A stretch of 46,423 bases of DNA from an uncultured Acidobacteriota bacterium. Its GTDB lineage: Bacteria; Acidobacteriota; Blastocatellia; RBC074. The DNA is taken from NCBI GenBank assembly GCA_903862855.1, contig CAIOZW010000173.1, positions 1 through 46,423 on the forward strand, in the 5' to 3' direction. Positions 7,797 to 17,360 of the stretch are shown here, one piece after another; position 1 is the stretch's first letter; each line of letters starts with the position of its first letter. The notes beneath the pieces were generated by a model. That model worked only from the letters and a program-made list of their open reading frames with translations. It searched no databases and was not told where the DNA came from. A program made the position numbers and the translations under genes.

Positions 7797-10559
7797 TCAG
7801 GGTCGGTAGACCCGTTCGAGAGCGGCCTCTATCTCGGCGAGCGTGAAGAGGACGGGTTTGAACCTGCCGGCGGCATAGAGCTCGGCCTGATCGGTAAAGT
7901 GCGGTGAGAGCGGATCGGCGGTCTGGCCGAAGACGAGTGTCGAGCGGGCCTTCAACTGGCGACCGAACTCGACGACGGCAATGAATGAGTTGCCGGAGAT
8001 GCCGTAGCGACGTCGCTGCCCCATCTCAGCCCGGGTATTGTAGGTGAAGACCATCCCGGCCGCACCGGGCCCGCCAGCCACCGGATAGCTGGGCCTGAGA
8101 TCACTGAATGGCTCCTCGCCGCTGGTAAAGACACGCTGGAGCCGATTGATCGCCCCCCACGGCAGGTGCCAGTCGCCGTGATCCCGCTGGAGCTGATCGA
8201 CGACCGCCTCGAGCGCCGCAAGGCGCCGGAACCGTCCTCCGGATGCCTGCGCCCCCTGCCCCTCGCCACGCAGGGTGATACCGAGATCACTCCCCTCCCG
8301 GTTCCGCATCCGCTCAAACCAGAGCAGAAAGATGGTGGCCGGAACCGAGTCGATCCGCGCCACGCGGTCCCATGCCTTCAGTTCCAGCAGGACCGGTTTG
8401 ATCTGCTCGGCTCGCGACTCGTCCTCACGCTTGAGAATCTCCCACTCGGCGGAGAGCTCATCGATCCCGCGGGCAGCCTCTTCAACCGTCGTGTCGGTCG
8501 CCGCGACGGTCCACTCCTCAAACGTAAACCTCCGCCGCCCCTCGAGAATCCGCCGCGAGCTGCGGGCCCGCGCCGTATCCTCCTCAGGAACCATATAGGC
8601 CGGATAACGCAACCGGTCAGGATTGCCCCGCCCGCCAGTCATCAGAAACGGGGTCGAATTGCAGTTCTGGAGATAGCCGGCAGAGGGATTGAGACGATTC
8701 GGCAGCTCGTCAAGGCGGTGGTAGCCCTGCCACTCGGTACTCGTCAGACGGCCGTCGACCGGCTTTGCCCAGTCCGGCCCCGTGGCTCGACGCGGCATCG
8801 CATTGCCGTGGACATAGAAGATTCTGCCGGTGCGGTCAGCATAGATCGTGTTCGACCCGGTCAGGGCGACCCGCGCCAGTGCCGCGCGGAACTCGGTAAA
8901 GCTACGCGCCCGGTTCATGGCAAAACGCTGGGCAACCTCTCCACCCTCCTCGAGCCGGGCGACCCGCGCCGCGACCGGCCGACCATCCAGTTCGCCAATG
9001 ATCGGTCCGTGATGGGTCCGGCGAAACCGGTAACGGCGGATCTCGATCCCGGACGAGGTCTTGACGCGGATCGAATCTTCCCATTCGACGGCGGTTCGAT
9101 AGCCGCCGCCATAGCGATAGTCGAGCGGCGCTCCCGTCCGATCAAAGGTCTCGAGATAGCCGTCGACCGTGTCGGCATAGTTGTTGGTATGGCTCCAGCC
9201 AAGACTGGCGGTGAAACCGGAACGGATGTAGGGTGTCCCAAGGATGGCAAACCCATAGACCTTCAGCCCCTCCTCACTCTGCAGATGGGCTTCGTAACGC
9301 TGTCCGCCACCAAAAAAGCCGACGTGCGGATTGATCAGAAGCATGGCGTTGCCGCTAGCGCTCTTCCCCGGCGAGATCGCCCACATGTTCGATCCTTCGT
9401 CAGGATCGAGGCTGATCGCCCGCTCGAGCGCGATCAGTTCTGCCGGTCCATCGAGCTGCGCATTCTGACCAACCGGTTGACCCGGACGAATCGCCGTCAC
9501 GGGAAGACCAAGTCGTCCCAGTCCTCCCAGTCGCCCCATCCGGCTCGTCGCCAGAACGTGCCAGGGCTCGACCCGCTCGAGCAACCCGGGCTGACCGATC
9601 CGCTGGCGGGAATCGAACTGACGCGCCAGATAATGGTTGATGCCTGCTGCATAGGCGTCACAGAGAGTCTTCAGCGTGGACGGGAGCCGCTCATACTCCT
9701 CCTTTGAGAGACGCTCGACCTCGAAGGCCCGGTAGAGCCGATCGTTGGCGAGCCCCTTCTCTCCGCTGATCTCGGCCGCCCTTCCAATCGATCGGAGCAG
9801 ATCCTGTTCGAGCTGCCAGAAGTTGTCCTCACACTGTGCATACATCATCCCAAAGACGGTTGCCGCATCGGTCTTCCCGAAGATATGCGGTACCCCGAAC
9901 CGGTCACGGTAGATCTTGACCTGCCGGGCAAGCGGATCCTCGGTTGCCCCGGCCGGAGTGACCCGCCTGATGCCGCGAATGGTGATGGGAGGATTGAGCG
10001 ACTGCTCACTGACCGGCGACTGATGGATCCGCCGGACCACCTCCATGCCCTCGACAACGCGCCCGAAGGCGGCAAATCCCTGCCCATCCGGATTTCTCCG
10101 TCCGCCAAGATCGAGCTCCGGCTGGTCACCCACGCAGATGAAGAAGTCGGAAGTGGCCGTATCCGGCCCCAACCTGGCCATGGAGATCACCCCATCGAGA
10201 TGGCGCAATCCGGTCACGCCGGTCCGTTCAAGCCGCACCGGGGCAAACCCATCCCGCTCCCTTCCCCGCGCCACCCCGGCCTGGATCACCTCGATCTTGA
10301 CCGGACTGACCGGCTGATTGTCGGGATTGCGCCTGACTGTCCGGTGGAAGCGACCACCCTCATAGTGGCCGGCATCGACATACCTCAGAAAATTGGCTGC
10401 CGTCACCGGCGCACGCCCCGGATCGATGGCCACGACGATCGCGCCAAGATCTGTTTCGATCCGTACCAGTACCTCATCCGGCGCGGAGGAGACCGGCGAA
10501 GTGAGAGGCGATGTAAGAAAGCAGGAGATGAGCAACACAATTATGGACAGGATACGCAT
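7797..10559 (-). CDS. Secreted cyclophilin-type PPIase fused to a penicillin acylase family (S45, Ntn) hydrolase
   Basis: Signal peptide MRILSIIVLLISCFL. Cyclophilin motifs APVTAANFLRYV, FHRTV, GVISMARLGPDTATSDFFI and FGRVVEGMEVV. Acylase motifs IYRDRFGVPHIFG, GSNMWAISPGKSASGNAMLLINPH, HHGPI and NCNSTP. Start placed at ATG 10559. Confidence 0.88.
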   Translation of the reverse strand: MRILSIIVLLISCFLTSPLTSPVSSAPDEVLVRIETDLGAIVVAIDPGRAPVTAANFLRYVDAGHYEGGRFHRTVRRNPDNQPVSPVKIEVIQAGVARGRERDGFAPVRLERTGVTGLRHLDGVISMARLGPDTATSDFFICVGDQPELDLGGRRNPDGQGFAAFGRVVEGMEVVRRIHQSPVSEQSLNPPITIRGIRRVTPAGATEDPLARQVKIYRDRFGVPHIFGKTDAATVFGMMYAQCEDNFWQLEQDLLRSIGRAAEISGEKGLANDRLYRAFEVERLSKEEYERLPSTLKTLCDAYAAGINHYLARQFDSRQRIGQPGLLERVEPWHVLATSRMGRLGGLGRLGLPVTAIRPGQPVGQNAQLDGPAELIALERAISLDPDEGSNMWAISPGKSASGNAMLLINPHVGFFGGGQRYEAHLQSEEGLKVYGFAILGTPYIRSGFTASLGWSHTNNYADTVDGYLETFDRTGAPLDYRYGGGYRTAVEWEDSIRVKTSSGIEIRRYRFRRTHHGPIIGELDGRPVAARVARLEEGGEVAQRFAMNRARSFTEFRAALARVALTGSNTIYADRTGRIFYVHGNAMPRRATGPDWAKPVDGRLTSTEWQGYHRLDELPNRLNPSAGYLQNCNSTPFLMTGGRGNPDRLRYPAYMVPEEDTARARSSRRILEGRRRFTFEEWTVAATDTTVEEAARGIDELSAEWEILKREDESRAEQIKPVLLELKAWDRVARIDSVPATIFLLWFERMRNREGSDLGITLRGEGQGAQASGGRFRRLAALEAVVDQLQRDHGDWHLPWGAINRLQRVFTSGEEPFSDLRPSYPVAGGPGAAGMVFTYNTRAEMGQRRRYGISGNSFIAVVEFGRQLKARSTLVFGQTADPLSPHFTDQAELYAAGRFKPVLFTLAEIEAALERVYRP

Positions 10560-10761
10560 ATTGAATGACTCCTCGATCGATCGGAATGCTTGAACGGATG
10601 ACGCGAAATGATAACGACCCTCAGAGTGGCTGTCCAGCTCCCGGCGCACCAGTCCAGTCGCTTCCTGACTCGGGCACTTTCTCCGCGCAGGCTGTTCCAC
10701 GAACGCCCCAGCCCATGATATTCTCACTTCGGCTACCCCGCCTTTTAGCCATTGTCTGCCA

Positions 10762-11130
10762 ATGAGATTCTTCTTCTTTCAGGGTGAATTCTGTTCCCGT
10801 TGCGGAAATGGGTTGACTGCCAGATCCTGGTGGCGGCCACGCTACCTGTGTGATCGTTGTGAAACGCAGCTTCGGCGGCGTCGTCCCCTGACGATGCTGC
10901 TCGTTCTGGTCGGCCTCATACTCACCGGTCTCCTCGCCCGCCGCCTGCCTCGACCGGCCTTTCTCGCCTCACCACCTGTCTCTGCGCTCGATGCAACGCC
11001 AGAGCGAAACCCGGACTACGATTTTGAAGAGGAGGAACGGGTTTTCTGCGGTGCGGTGACCAGGCGGGGCACTCCCTGTCGACGCCTGGTCCGCCCGGGT
11101 GAGAGGTGCCCCCAACACCGTGGAAAATGA
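10762..11130 (+). CDS. Small membrane protein with N-terminal CxxC zinc ribbon, TM helix and C-terminal Cys/His module
   Basis: FCSRCG...LCDRCE; TM LTMLLVLVGLILTGLLA; C-terminal CGAVTRRGTPCRRLVRPGERCPQH (DUF5763-like C3H spacing). Confidence 0.65.
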   Translation: MRFFFFQGEFCSRCGNGLTARSWWRPRYLCDRCETQLRRRRPLTMLLVLVGLILTGLLARRLPRPAFLASPPVSALDATPERNPDYDFEEEERVFCGAVTRRGTPCRRLVRPGERCPQHRGK

Positions 11131-11145
11131 GTTGGTTTATCCATC

Positions 11146-11175
11146 TTGACGCAAGAGCCTGCCAGATCTTACTAT
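11146..11175 (+). promoter_or_regulatory. Sigma-70-like promoter for the tRNA
   Basis: TTGACG-N18-TACTAT about 70 nt upstream of the tRNA. Confidence 0.55.
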
Positions 11176-11242
11176 GTCGTTTCGTCGATTTCAGGAGCCA
11201 CCCCATCACAAGCATTCCGGCTCACTGATGTTTACTGAAAAT

Positions 11243-11317
<75 letters not shown>

Positions 11318-11461
11318 CAACACTTGCAGCGTCAGAGATTCGAGCCGGGAGACGCCCCGGCCCTGATGACCGGGACGCTCTCTTTAATCAGCAATACATT
11401 CCAACATCAGCAACACATTCAAATTATTAGAGCGAGATCTCTCGACCAAACTTAGGCAGAT

Positions 11462-12466
11462 ATGAACAACAAAAGAGACTTCACCCAACTGTTGAGCGAG
11501 TTGAATACCCTCGGAGCCGAAGCACTGGCCATGCAGCGCCCAGTGGCGGGCGGCATCCCTCTCCGTCCGCTCGGACAGACGGGCGAATGGGTGAGCCTGA
11601 TCGGACTGGGCGGCTACGATGCGGTCGTCAACAAGACCGATGCCGAAGGGGTCTCCTTCATGCTCGAAGCCCTCGACCTTGGCATCAGTTTCTGGGACAA
11701 CGCGTGGGAATACCACGATGGACGGGCCGAAGAGGTCATGGGACGGGCGATTGCCGAGGGGCGCGTTCGTGACCGGATCTTTCTCATGACAAAGGTCTGT
11801 GCCCGCGACGCCAAGGGTTTCCAGCGTCAGCTCGAGGATTGTCTGCGCCGGCTGCGCACGGAGCAGATCGACCTTGTCCAGCTCCATTCAATCCAGTATC
11901 CCGGAGACCGCGACCGCTTCTTCGATCCCGAGAACGGTGCAATGAAGGCCGCCCTCGAAGCCCTTGCGGCAGGCAAATTTCGCTACCTCGGCTTCACCGG
12001 CCATATGGATCCGCACGATCACGAGGGCATGCTGAAGACCGACTACGACTGGGCAACCGTACAGTTCCCGCTCAACGTCGTCGATGCCCACGAGGTCGAG
12101 GGGTTCCAGAGCCGTATCTTCCCTGAATGTCGCCGCCGCAAGATCGGCATGATCGCCATGAAGTCACTCGCCGCCAACGATGGCCGCATTCCACACGAAC
12201 TGAAGCTGAATGCCGAACTCTGCCGCCAGTATGTCATGTCACTGCCGATCAGCACGCTGGTCAGCGGGATTCAGACCCGCGAACAGCTTCACCGGCTGGT
12301 CGAAGTCTCGCGTGACTTCCAACCGCTCGGAAGTGACGTGCTGACGGAACTGCTTGGGCGGTCGCGTGGCGTCGAAGATATTCTTTTTATGGAAGGCTAC
12401 AAGGACCGTACCGGCCAATTCGGATGTACGCACCACGCGGCAGTCTATGCCGGCAGTCAGGCCTGA
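11462..12466 (+). CDS. Aldo/keto reductase
   Basis: PLRPLGQTGEWVSLIGLGG, FWDNAWEY (Asp/Tyr), FLMTKV (Lys), IDLVQLHS (His), YLGFTGH and IAMKSLA. Confidence 0.92.
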   Translation: MNNKRDFTQLLSELNTLGAEALAMQRPVAGGIPLRPLGQTGEWVSLIGLGGYDAVVNKTDAEGVSFMLEALDLGISFWDNAWEYHDGRAEEVMGRAIAEGRVRDRIFLMTKVCARDAKGFQRQLEDCLRRLRTEQIDLVQLHSIQYPGDRDRFFDPENGAMKAALEALAAGKFRYLGFTGHMDPHDHEGMLKTDYDWATVQFPLNVVDAHEVEGFQSRIFPECRRRKIGMIAMKSLAANDGRIPHELKLNAELCRQYVMSLPISTLVSGIQTREQLHRLVEVSRDFQPLGSDVLTELLGRSRGVEDILFMEGYKDRTGQFGCTHHAAVYAGSQA

Positions 12467-12764
12467 CCCTCCTCTCTGGAAGTTGCGCCGACATCTCTTT
12501 CTGATCTTCGCCGGCAGAGTCCCCGCCCACTCTGCCGGCCAGCCGGCTCCCCTGGGTTCAGGCCCCCTCCCTGACCAGGTGACGGCTCTGCTCACTCGCT
12601 TCGGTCTGAAGACCTCTTTTTTTCAGCCATCTGGCATGAAAATGCTCATCTGTGTACAATGAAATACTGTCCGCAGAGGACAGTCCGGATCAGACTGCTC
12701 GTCATCTCACTCCGCAGGTTTGCCAGGGTTTGCTGATGATGAGCATTTGCAAGGATCTCAGGTC

Positions 12765-13418
12765 ATGCTTCGATGTCAACATTGCAGTACCGACAATCTG
12801 GAAGGTGCGGAGTTTTGTGACGAGTGCGGGACGCGGCTCGTGGGCATGGCTTCGGCTTCCCGTTCGGGGCAACCACCGCCACCGCCTTCGTTCTCATACG
12901 ATGCAGGAAATCCAAAACCTGCCACACCCTACACACCACTGCCACCCTCTGCTCCAATTGGGCAGCCACCCTCCGGACCAGTCCCGGCAGGTTGGTCGAG
13001 CATGACGCCGGTTCCGGAGAATAGAGCCTCGCGAGAGAACCCGCGGGTGCGGATTGTCTCACCCGATGGTTCGACCTCTCTTCCCCTGGTCCGGGCTCGC
13101 CTCGTCATTCAGCGGGGTGGCAAGATCGGAAAGGAGTTTCAGCTCTATGAGAGCGAGGCCCTCATCGGACGCTGGGATGCCGATGGAGGTATCTTTCCTG
13201 ATGTTGATCTTGACCAGGACGATCCGGAGGCCAAGGTCTCCCGTCGGCATGCGCGGTTGATTCAAGTCAACAGCCAGTTTGTGATCGAGGATCTCGGGAG
13301 TACCAATGGAACCTTCATCAATCGTGGACCACGTCTGATTGCCGGAATCCGGCAACCACTTAACAATGGCGACGAGATCATCGTCGGCAAGACATTCTTG
13401 AAATTTTTCCTTACTTGA
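12765..13418 (+). CDS. Zinc ribbon - Pro-rich linker - FHA domain protein
   Basis: From ATG 12765: CQHCSTDNLEGAEFCDECG; FHA core IGRWD...VSRRHARL...EDLGSTNGTFIN. Confidence 0.9.
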   Translation: MLRCQHCSTDNLEGAEFCDECGTRLVGMASASRSGQPPPPPSFSYDAGNPKPATPYTPLPPSAPIGQPPSGPVPAGWSSMTPVPENRASRENPRVRIVSPDGSTSLPLVRARLVIQRGGKIGKEFQLYESEALIGRWDADGGIFPDVDLDQDDPEAKVSRRHARLIQVNSQFVIEDLGSTNGTFINRGPRLIAGIRQPLNNGDEIIVGKTFLKFFLT

Positions 13419-13429
13419 ACTGGTAGATT

Positions 13430-14968
13430 ATGCCATTCTGTGCCGAATGTGGAGCATCGACAGCGGCAGGTGATCCCTACTGTGGAGAGTGTGGTGCCAG
13501 CCAGCGCCTCAACCCTGCGGGCAATGGTTCGGGCAGCGGGTCGAGTGGACCGGCAGGACTGGGGACCGACAGCGTCAACAATCCGAGTCGCTCCGTCAAC
13601 TCGCCGACCGGGCTCCAGCTTGCCTCGGGAACAATCCTCGCCAACCGTTACCGAATCGTAAAACGGATCGGTGGCGGTGGGATGGGATCGGTCTATCTCG
13701 CCGAGGATCTCAACCTGGCCAATCGCCCGGTGGCGGTCAAAGAGATGATCGAGCTCTTCGCCGACGAGTCGACCCGCCAGAAAGCGATCGAGGACTTCAA
13801 ACGTGAGTCAGAGATGCTTGCCCGTCTCGACCATCCCTCGATCCCGACCATCTATCAATACTTCTTCGATCAGAGCCGTGGACGCTACTATCTGGTGATG
13901 AAGTATATCGATGGTGGAGACCTCGCGCGACGACAGCGTGAGTCGAATGGACGGGTCAGTGAGATGACGGTCACGCGCTGGGCAATCGAGGCATGTGACG
14001 TGCTCGACTATATTCACAGTCAGAAGCCGCCGATCATCTACCGTGATCTTAAACCCGCCAACCTGATGGTCGATGGGCGCACCAACCGGCTTATGCTGGT
14101 CGATTTCGGGATTGCCAGATTTGTAGCGCCGACCCAGAAGGGGGTGACGGCGATCGGGACCATGGGCTATGCCCCGCCCGAACTCTTTTCAGGCAATGTC
14201 GAGACCCGGTCTGATATCTACAGCCTCGGGGCAACGATGTTTCATCTCCTGACCGGGGTCGATCCACAGGACAATCCTCTCCTCATCTTCGATTTTTCAA
14301 AGAACCAGCGCCCCCGGCAGCTCAATCAGTCGATCTCGGTCCGCATGGAGGAGTTGATCATCCGTGCCGTCGAGCACAAGCCCGAGAAGCGCTTTCCATC
14401 CGCACGCTCATTTGGTGCCGAGCTGGAAGCCCACCTGCGGTTCCTCCGTGAAGGGACGGAGGTGGAGATCGCTCCGGTCGGGGAGATCGAGGAGGAGGCT
14501 CCGCAGAAGTTGGCCGACGAGAAGGCTGAGCAAATCCCTGTCAGGAGCGGGGCGGTCTGCGATCAGTGTGGCGAGGCCATCTCGGCCGGTGATATCTACT
14601 GCGCCTTCTGCGGAGTCCGCGTATCGGAAAAGCAGACGACCGCGCGGCTGGTCGTTCTTGGTACCAACGAGCTTGGAGCCCAGTATCAGGTGACCAGTTC
14701 GGGTGAGAGCCTCATCGGGCGAATGGATCCGAATCGGGGAATCAGGCCCGAGGTCGATCTCTCGAAGTATGACCCGGCGGCCCGTGTCTCGCGACGCCAT
14801 GCCCGGATCATTGCCCACGGCAATCAGTATTTTATCGAGGATCTGGGAAGCGCCAACGGCACCCTCCTCAACGGTTCGATCCGGCTTGTCCAGGGCAAGC
14901 CGCTCGCGCTCTCGAATGGCGACGAGCTGAAACTTGGCGAGACGACCCTCAGGTTTCTGGCACCATAG
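13430..14968 (+). CDS. Soluble Hanks-type Ser/Thr kinase: zinc ribbon - kinase - zinc ribbon - FHA
   Basis: GGGGMGSVY, VAVKE, IYRDLKPAN, DFG, GTMGYAPPE and SDIYSLG. Zinc ribbons CAECG..YCGECG and CDQCG..YCAFCG. FHA IGR..SRRHA..DLGSANGT. No TM segment. Confidence 0.96.
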   Translation: MPFCAECGASTAAGDPYCGECGASQRLNPAGNGSGSGSSGPAGLGTDSVNNPSRSVNSPTGLQLASGTILANRYRIVKRIGGGGMGSVYLAEDLNLANRPVAVKEMIELFADESTRQKAIEDFKRESEMLARLDHPSIPTIYQYFFDQSRGRYYLVMKYIDGGDLARRQRESNGRVSEMTVTRWAIEACDVLDYIHSQKPPIIYRDLKPANLMVDGRTNRLMLVDFGIARFVAPTQKGVTAIGTMGYAPPELFSGNVETRSDIYSLGATMFHLLTGVDPQDNPLLIFDFSKNQRPRQLNQSISVRMEELIIRAVEHKPEKRFPSARSFGAELEAHLRFLREGTEVEIAPVGEIEEEAPQKLADEKAEQIPVRSGAVCDQCGEAISAGDIYCAFCGVRVSEKQTTARLVVLGTNELGAQYQVTSSGESLIGRMDPNRGIRPEVDLSKYDPAARVSRRHARIIAHGNQYFIEDLGSANGTLLNGSIRLVQGKPLALSNGDELKLGETTLRFLAP

Positions 14969-15054
14969 GAACCGGGACGCCATCGGTTGTGCCGAGTAAA
15001 AGAACCGGTTGAACATCATCTGCGGAAGAGGGCTGAGAAGCGGAAAGGACGAAG

Positions 15055-15579
15055 ATGGGAAGTGAAAACGACTTGGGGCGGCTGCTGCGCCAGCGGGGGA
15101 TCGCTTTTCTGCTCGACTACATTGTGACGCTGGTCATCCTCGCCGTCATTCTCGTGCTGGCAACTTACATTAAACGCCATTGGCCACTCTTTCGAACCGA
15201 GGAGGCTCTGCTGACTCCGGGCTTTCTCGCGATTGGAGTGCGGCTGCTCCCCGCCACTCTCCTCGCGAATTTTGACGGTGGATTGGTGACCGGACTTATC
15301 TCGGCGATCGGCCTGCTGGTGACCGGCGGTTGGATCTTCTACAACTGGGTCTATGTCTACGCCCACGACCGGCAGAGCCTCGGCAAGTACCTGATCGGCC
15401 TGCAGGTCAGACGCGTTGACGGAGTTCCGATGAGTTACGGAGTGGCCATCAAACGCCATCTACTCGGCTACCCGGTGTCGATTCTTCTCTTCGGTCTTGG
15501 AATTCTGCCAATCGTCCGCGATCCGCGTCGGCAGGGATGGCATGACCGTCTTGCCGGGACAATGGTCGAAAGCAAATAG
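15055..15579 (+). CDS. RDD family membrane protein
   Basis: QRGIAFLLDY, QSLGKYLIGLQVRRVDG and RQGWHDRLAGTMV; several TM segments. Confidence 0.92.
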   Translation: MGSENDLGRLLRQRGIAFLLDYIVTLVILAVILVLATYIKRHWPLFRTEEALLTPGFLAIGVRLLPATLLANFDGGLVTGLISAIGLLVTGGWIFYNWVYVYAHDRQSLGKYLIGLQVRRVDGVPMSYGVAIKRHLLGYPVSILLFGLGILPIVRDPRRQGWHDRLAGTMVESK

Positions 15580-15612
15580 TCTTGGTCTGAACAGGTAATC
15601 GGGCAGGTAATT

Positions 15613-17205
15613 ATGACAAGGATCTACTGTGGATGGTGTGGATCAGCCTGCGATGTCAGTGCGCGGTTCTGCCGGTCGTGTGGAGGGGAGATGGCCGCTC
15701 AGTCCGGACCGCTCGCTGCCAACCCACCGGCCGGACGAAGAAGAGGTCGGTCAGAATCAGGCAGCCTCTCGGCCGGATCAGGCAGTCTGTCAGGACAATC
15801 AGGACCGTCCACGCACTCTGCCCCCCCGCTGGACCCTGAGCAGGAGATCGAGCAGAAGCTGGTCGTCGAGGAGAAGCAGGCGGTACAGACGCTGAAGCGT
15901 CTGCGGACTTCAGGCCCATTAATTCTGGAAGAGGCCATGAACAACAAGGATCAGATGAACGATATCATCGGCCAGGCAGTTGAAGGCCAACTGACCGATC
16001 CGCCACCAGCCGAGGTGGAGCGAACGGGATTGACACCCTTGACCGGGCCACCATCCGGGTGGGGGGAGAGGGTGAATGCGAAGCAGATCAGTCAGGCCGT
16101 CAGGCTGGATCCGCCCCGTCGGTATGAGGAGAATGTTCAGATACTGGAAGCCGAGCTGAGCGATGACGATGAGTATCCGTCACATACCAGCCAGGGACCG
16201 GCCCAGGTGCTGGCTGACGCCTCGGGTCTGGAGAGCGGATCATCATTCGGGATCTGGTTGCGACTCGGGATGACCGTGGTCGTCCTTCTTCTCTCTACGA
16301 TTGGCTACCTGATCTACCGTGAGCGACTGACAGGCAATCGGGTGATCGGGAATGACGGACGGGAGCTGCGCAGCGTGAGCGAGCTGAGCGATGAGGCCAT
16401 TGCCGAGGGTGACAAGGCCGCCGGGCTTGCCAACTTCCAGGATGCCCTGGTCAGCTATACCCAGGCCCGACGGCTGACCCCCAACAACCCGAAGGTCCTC
16501 GTCGGGCTCTCGCGAACCTATGCCCAGCTCGGTCGCCTTGACGACGCACTGCAGACATACAATGACCTGGTGCGAATCGCCCCGGAGAATCTCGATGTGC
16601 GGCTGGAGATTGCCCGAATCCATCAGCAACGGAAGGATTGGACGAGTGCCCTTCGCGAGTACAAGATGATCATCGCGCTCGACCAGAACAGTCTGCAGTC
16701 GGCTCAGGCTCTCGAGGAGATCGAGAATTACGAAGCACAGAGAATCGGGGCGAAGATCCCGGTGCGCCCCTCTCGGAATCGTCAGGCAAAGTCGCTTCCA
16801 AAGCTTCCATCACCCCGGCTTGCCCAGGGAGAGGTCTCTCTTCAACCTCCGCAGATACCGATCTCCGAGATCATGCCACCGGATCTCCTCAATGGGGGGA
16901 AGGTGGAAGAGAAGCCCGATCCGGCAGCCCTCGTCGCCTCCCGACGTGAGCTGGGGATGCGATATCTCAATATTCGTGAATATCGAGCAGCAATCAAGGA
17001 GTTTCTGATCGTTCTGCGGTTGACTCCGGACGACAAGGATATCTACTATTTTCTCGCGTCGGCCTATCACGGTCTGGAAATGTATCCCGAGGCTTACGAA
17101 TACTATAAGCGTGTCGACCGCGGTCGATACGTCGAGGTCGCGCAATCCGGCGCGAAAAGAACCCAGAAGCAGGTGGCTGATCAGCAGCGACGAACCAGCC
17201 CCTGA
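15613..17205 (+). CDS. Zinc ribbon - disordered cytoplasmic region - TM - extracytoplasmic TPR protein
   Basis: YCGWCG..FCRSCG; Ser/Pro/Glu-rich region; TM GIWLRLGMTVVVLLLSTIGYLIY; TPR helices (ALVSYTQARRLTPNNPKVLVGLSRTYAQLGRLDDALQTY; AAIKEFLIVLRLTPDDKDIYYFLASAY). Confidence 0.85.
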   Translation: MTRIYCGWCGSACDVSARFCRSCGGEMAAQSGPLAANPPAGRRRGRSESGSLSAGSGSLSGQSGPSTHSAPPLDPEQEIEQKLVVEEKQAVQTLKRLRTSGPLILEEAMNNKDQMNDIIGQAVEGQLTDPPPAEVERTGLTPLTGPPSGWGERVNAKQISQAVRLDPPRRYEENVQILEAELSDDDEYPSHTSQGPAQVLADASGLESGSSFGIWLRLGMTVVVLLLSTIGYLIYRERLTGNRVIGNDGRELRSVSELSDEAIAEGDKAAGLANFQDALVSYTQARRLTPNNPKVLVGLSRTYAQLGRLDDALQTYNDLVRIAPENLDVRLEIARIHQQRKDWTSALREYKMIIALDQNSLQSAQALEEIENYEAQRIGAKIPVRPSRNRQAKSLPKLPSPRLAQGEVSLQPPQIPISEIMPPDLLNGGKVEEKPDPAALVASRRELGMRYLNIREYRAAIKEFLIVLRLTPDDKDIYYFLASAYHGLEMYPEAYEYYKRVDRGRYVEVAQSGAKRTQKQVADQQRRTSP

Positions 17206-17360
17206 GGCGAAATGGTCATCCAGCAAAGTTTAGATCGTCCTTCCTTGAACCGCCCCCCGCGGGTCGACAGTCAGGAATGAGACGATTCTGTAGTCAGAAT
17301 GATCTTGACCCGAATGAGTAAAGACGGCCAGGTGCGGCGGCACGATCTGGCTCAAACCCT

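Noticed and set aside
8166-9707. 513-aa plus-strand ORF
   Set aside because: Antisense to the acylase gene, with no motifs.
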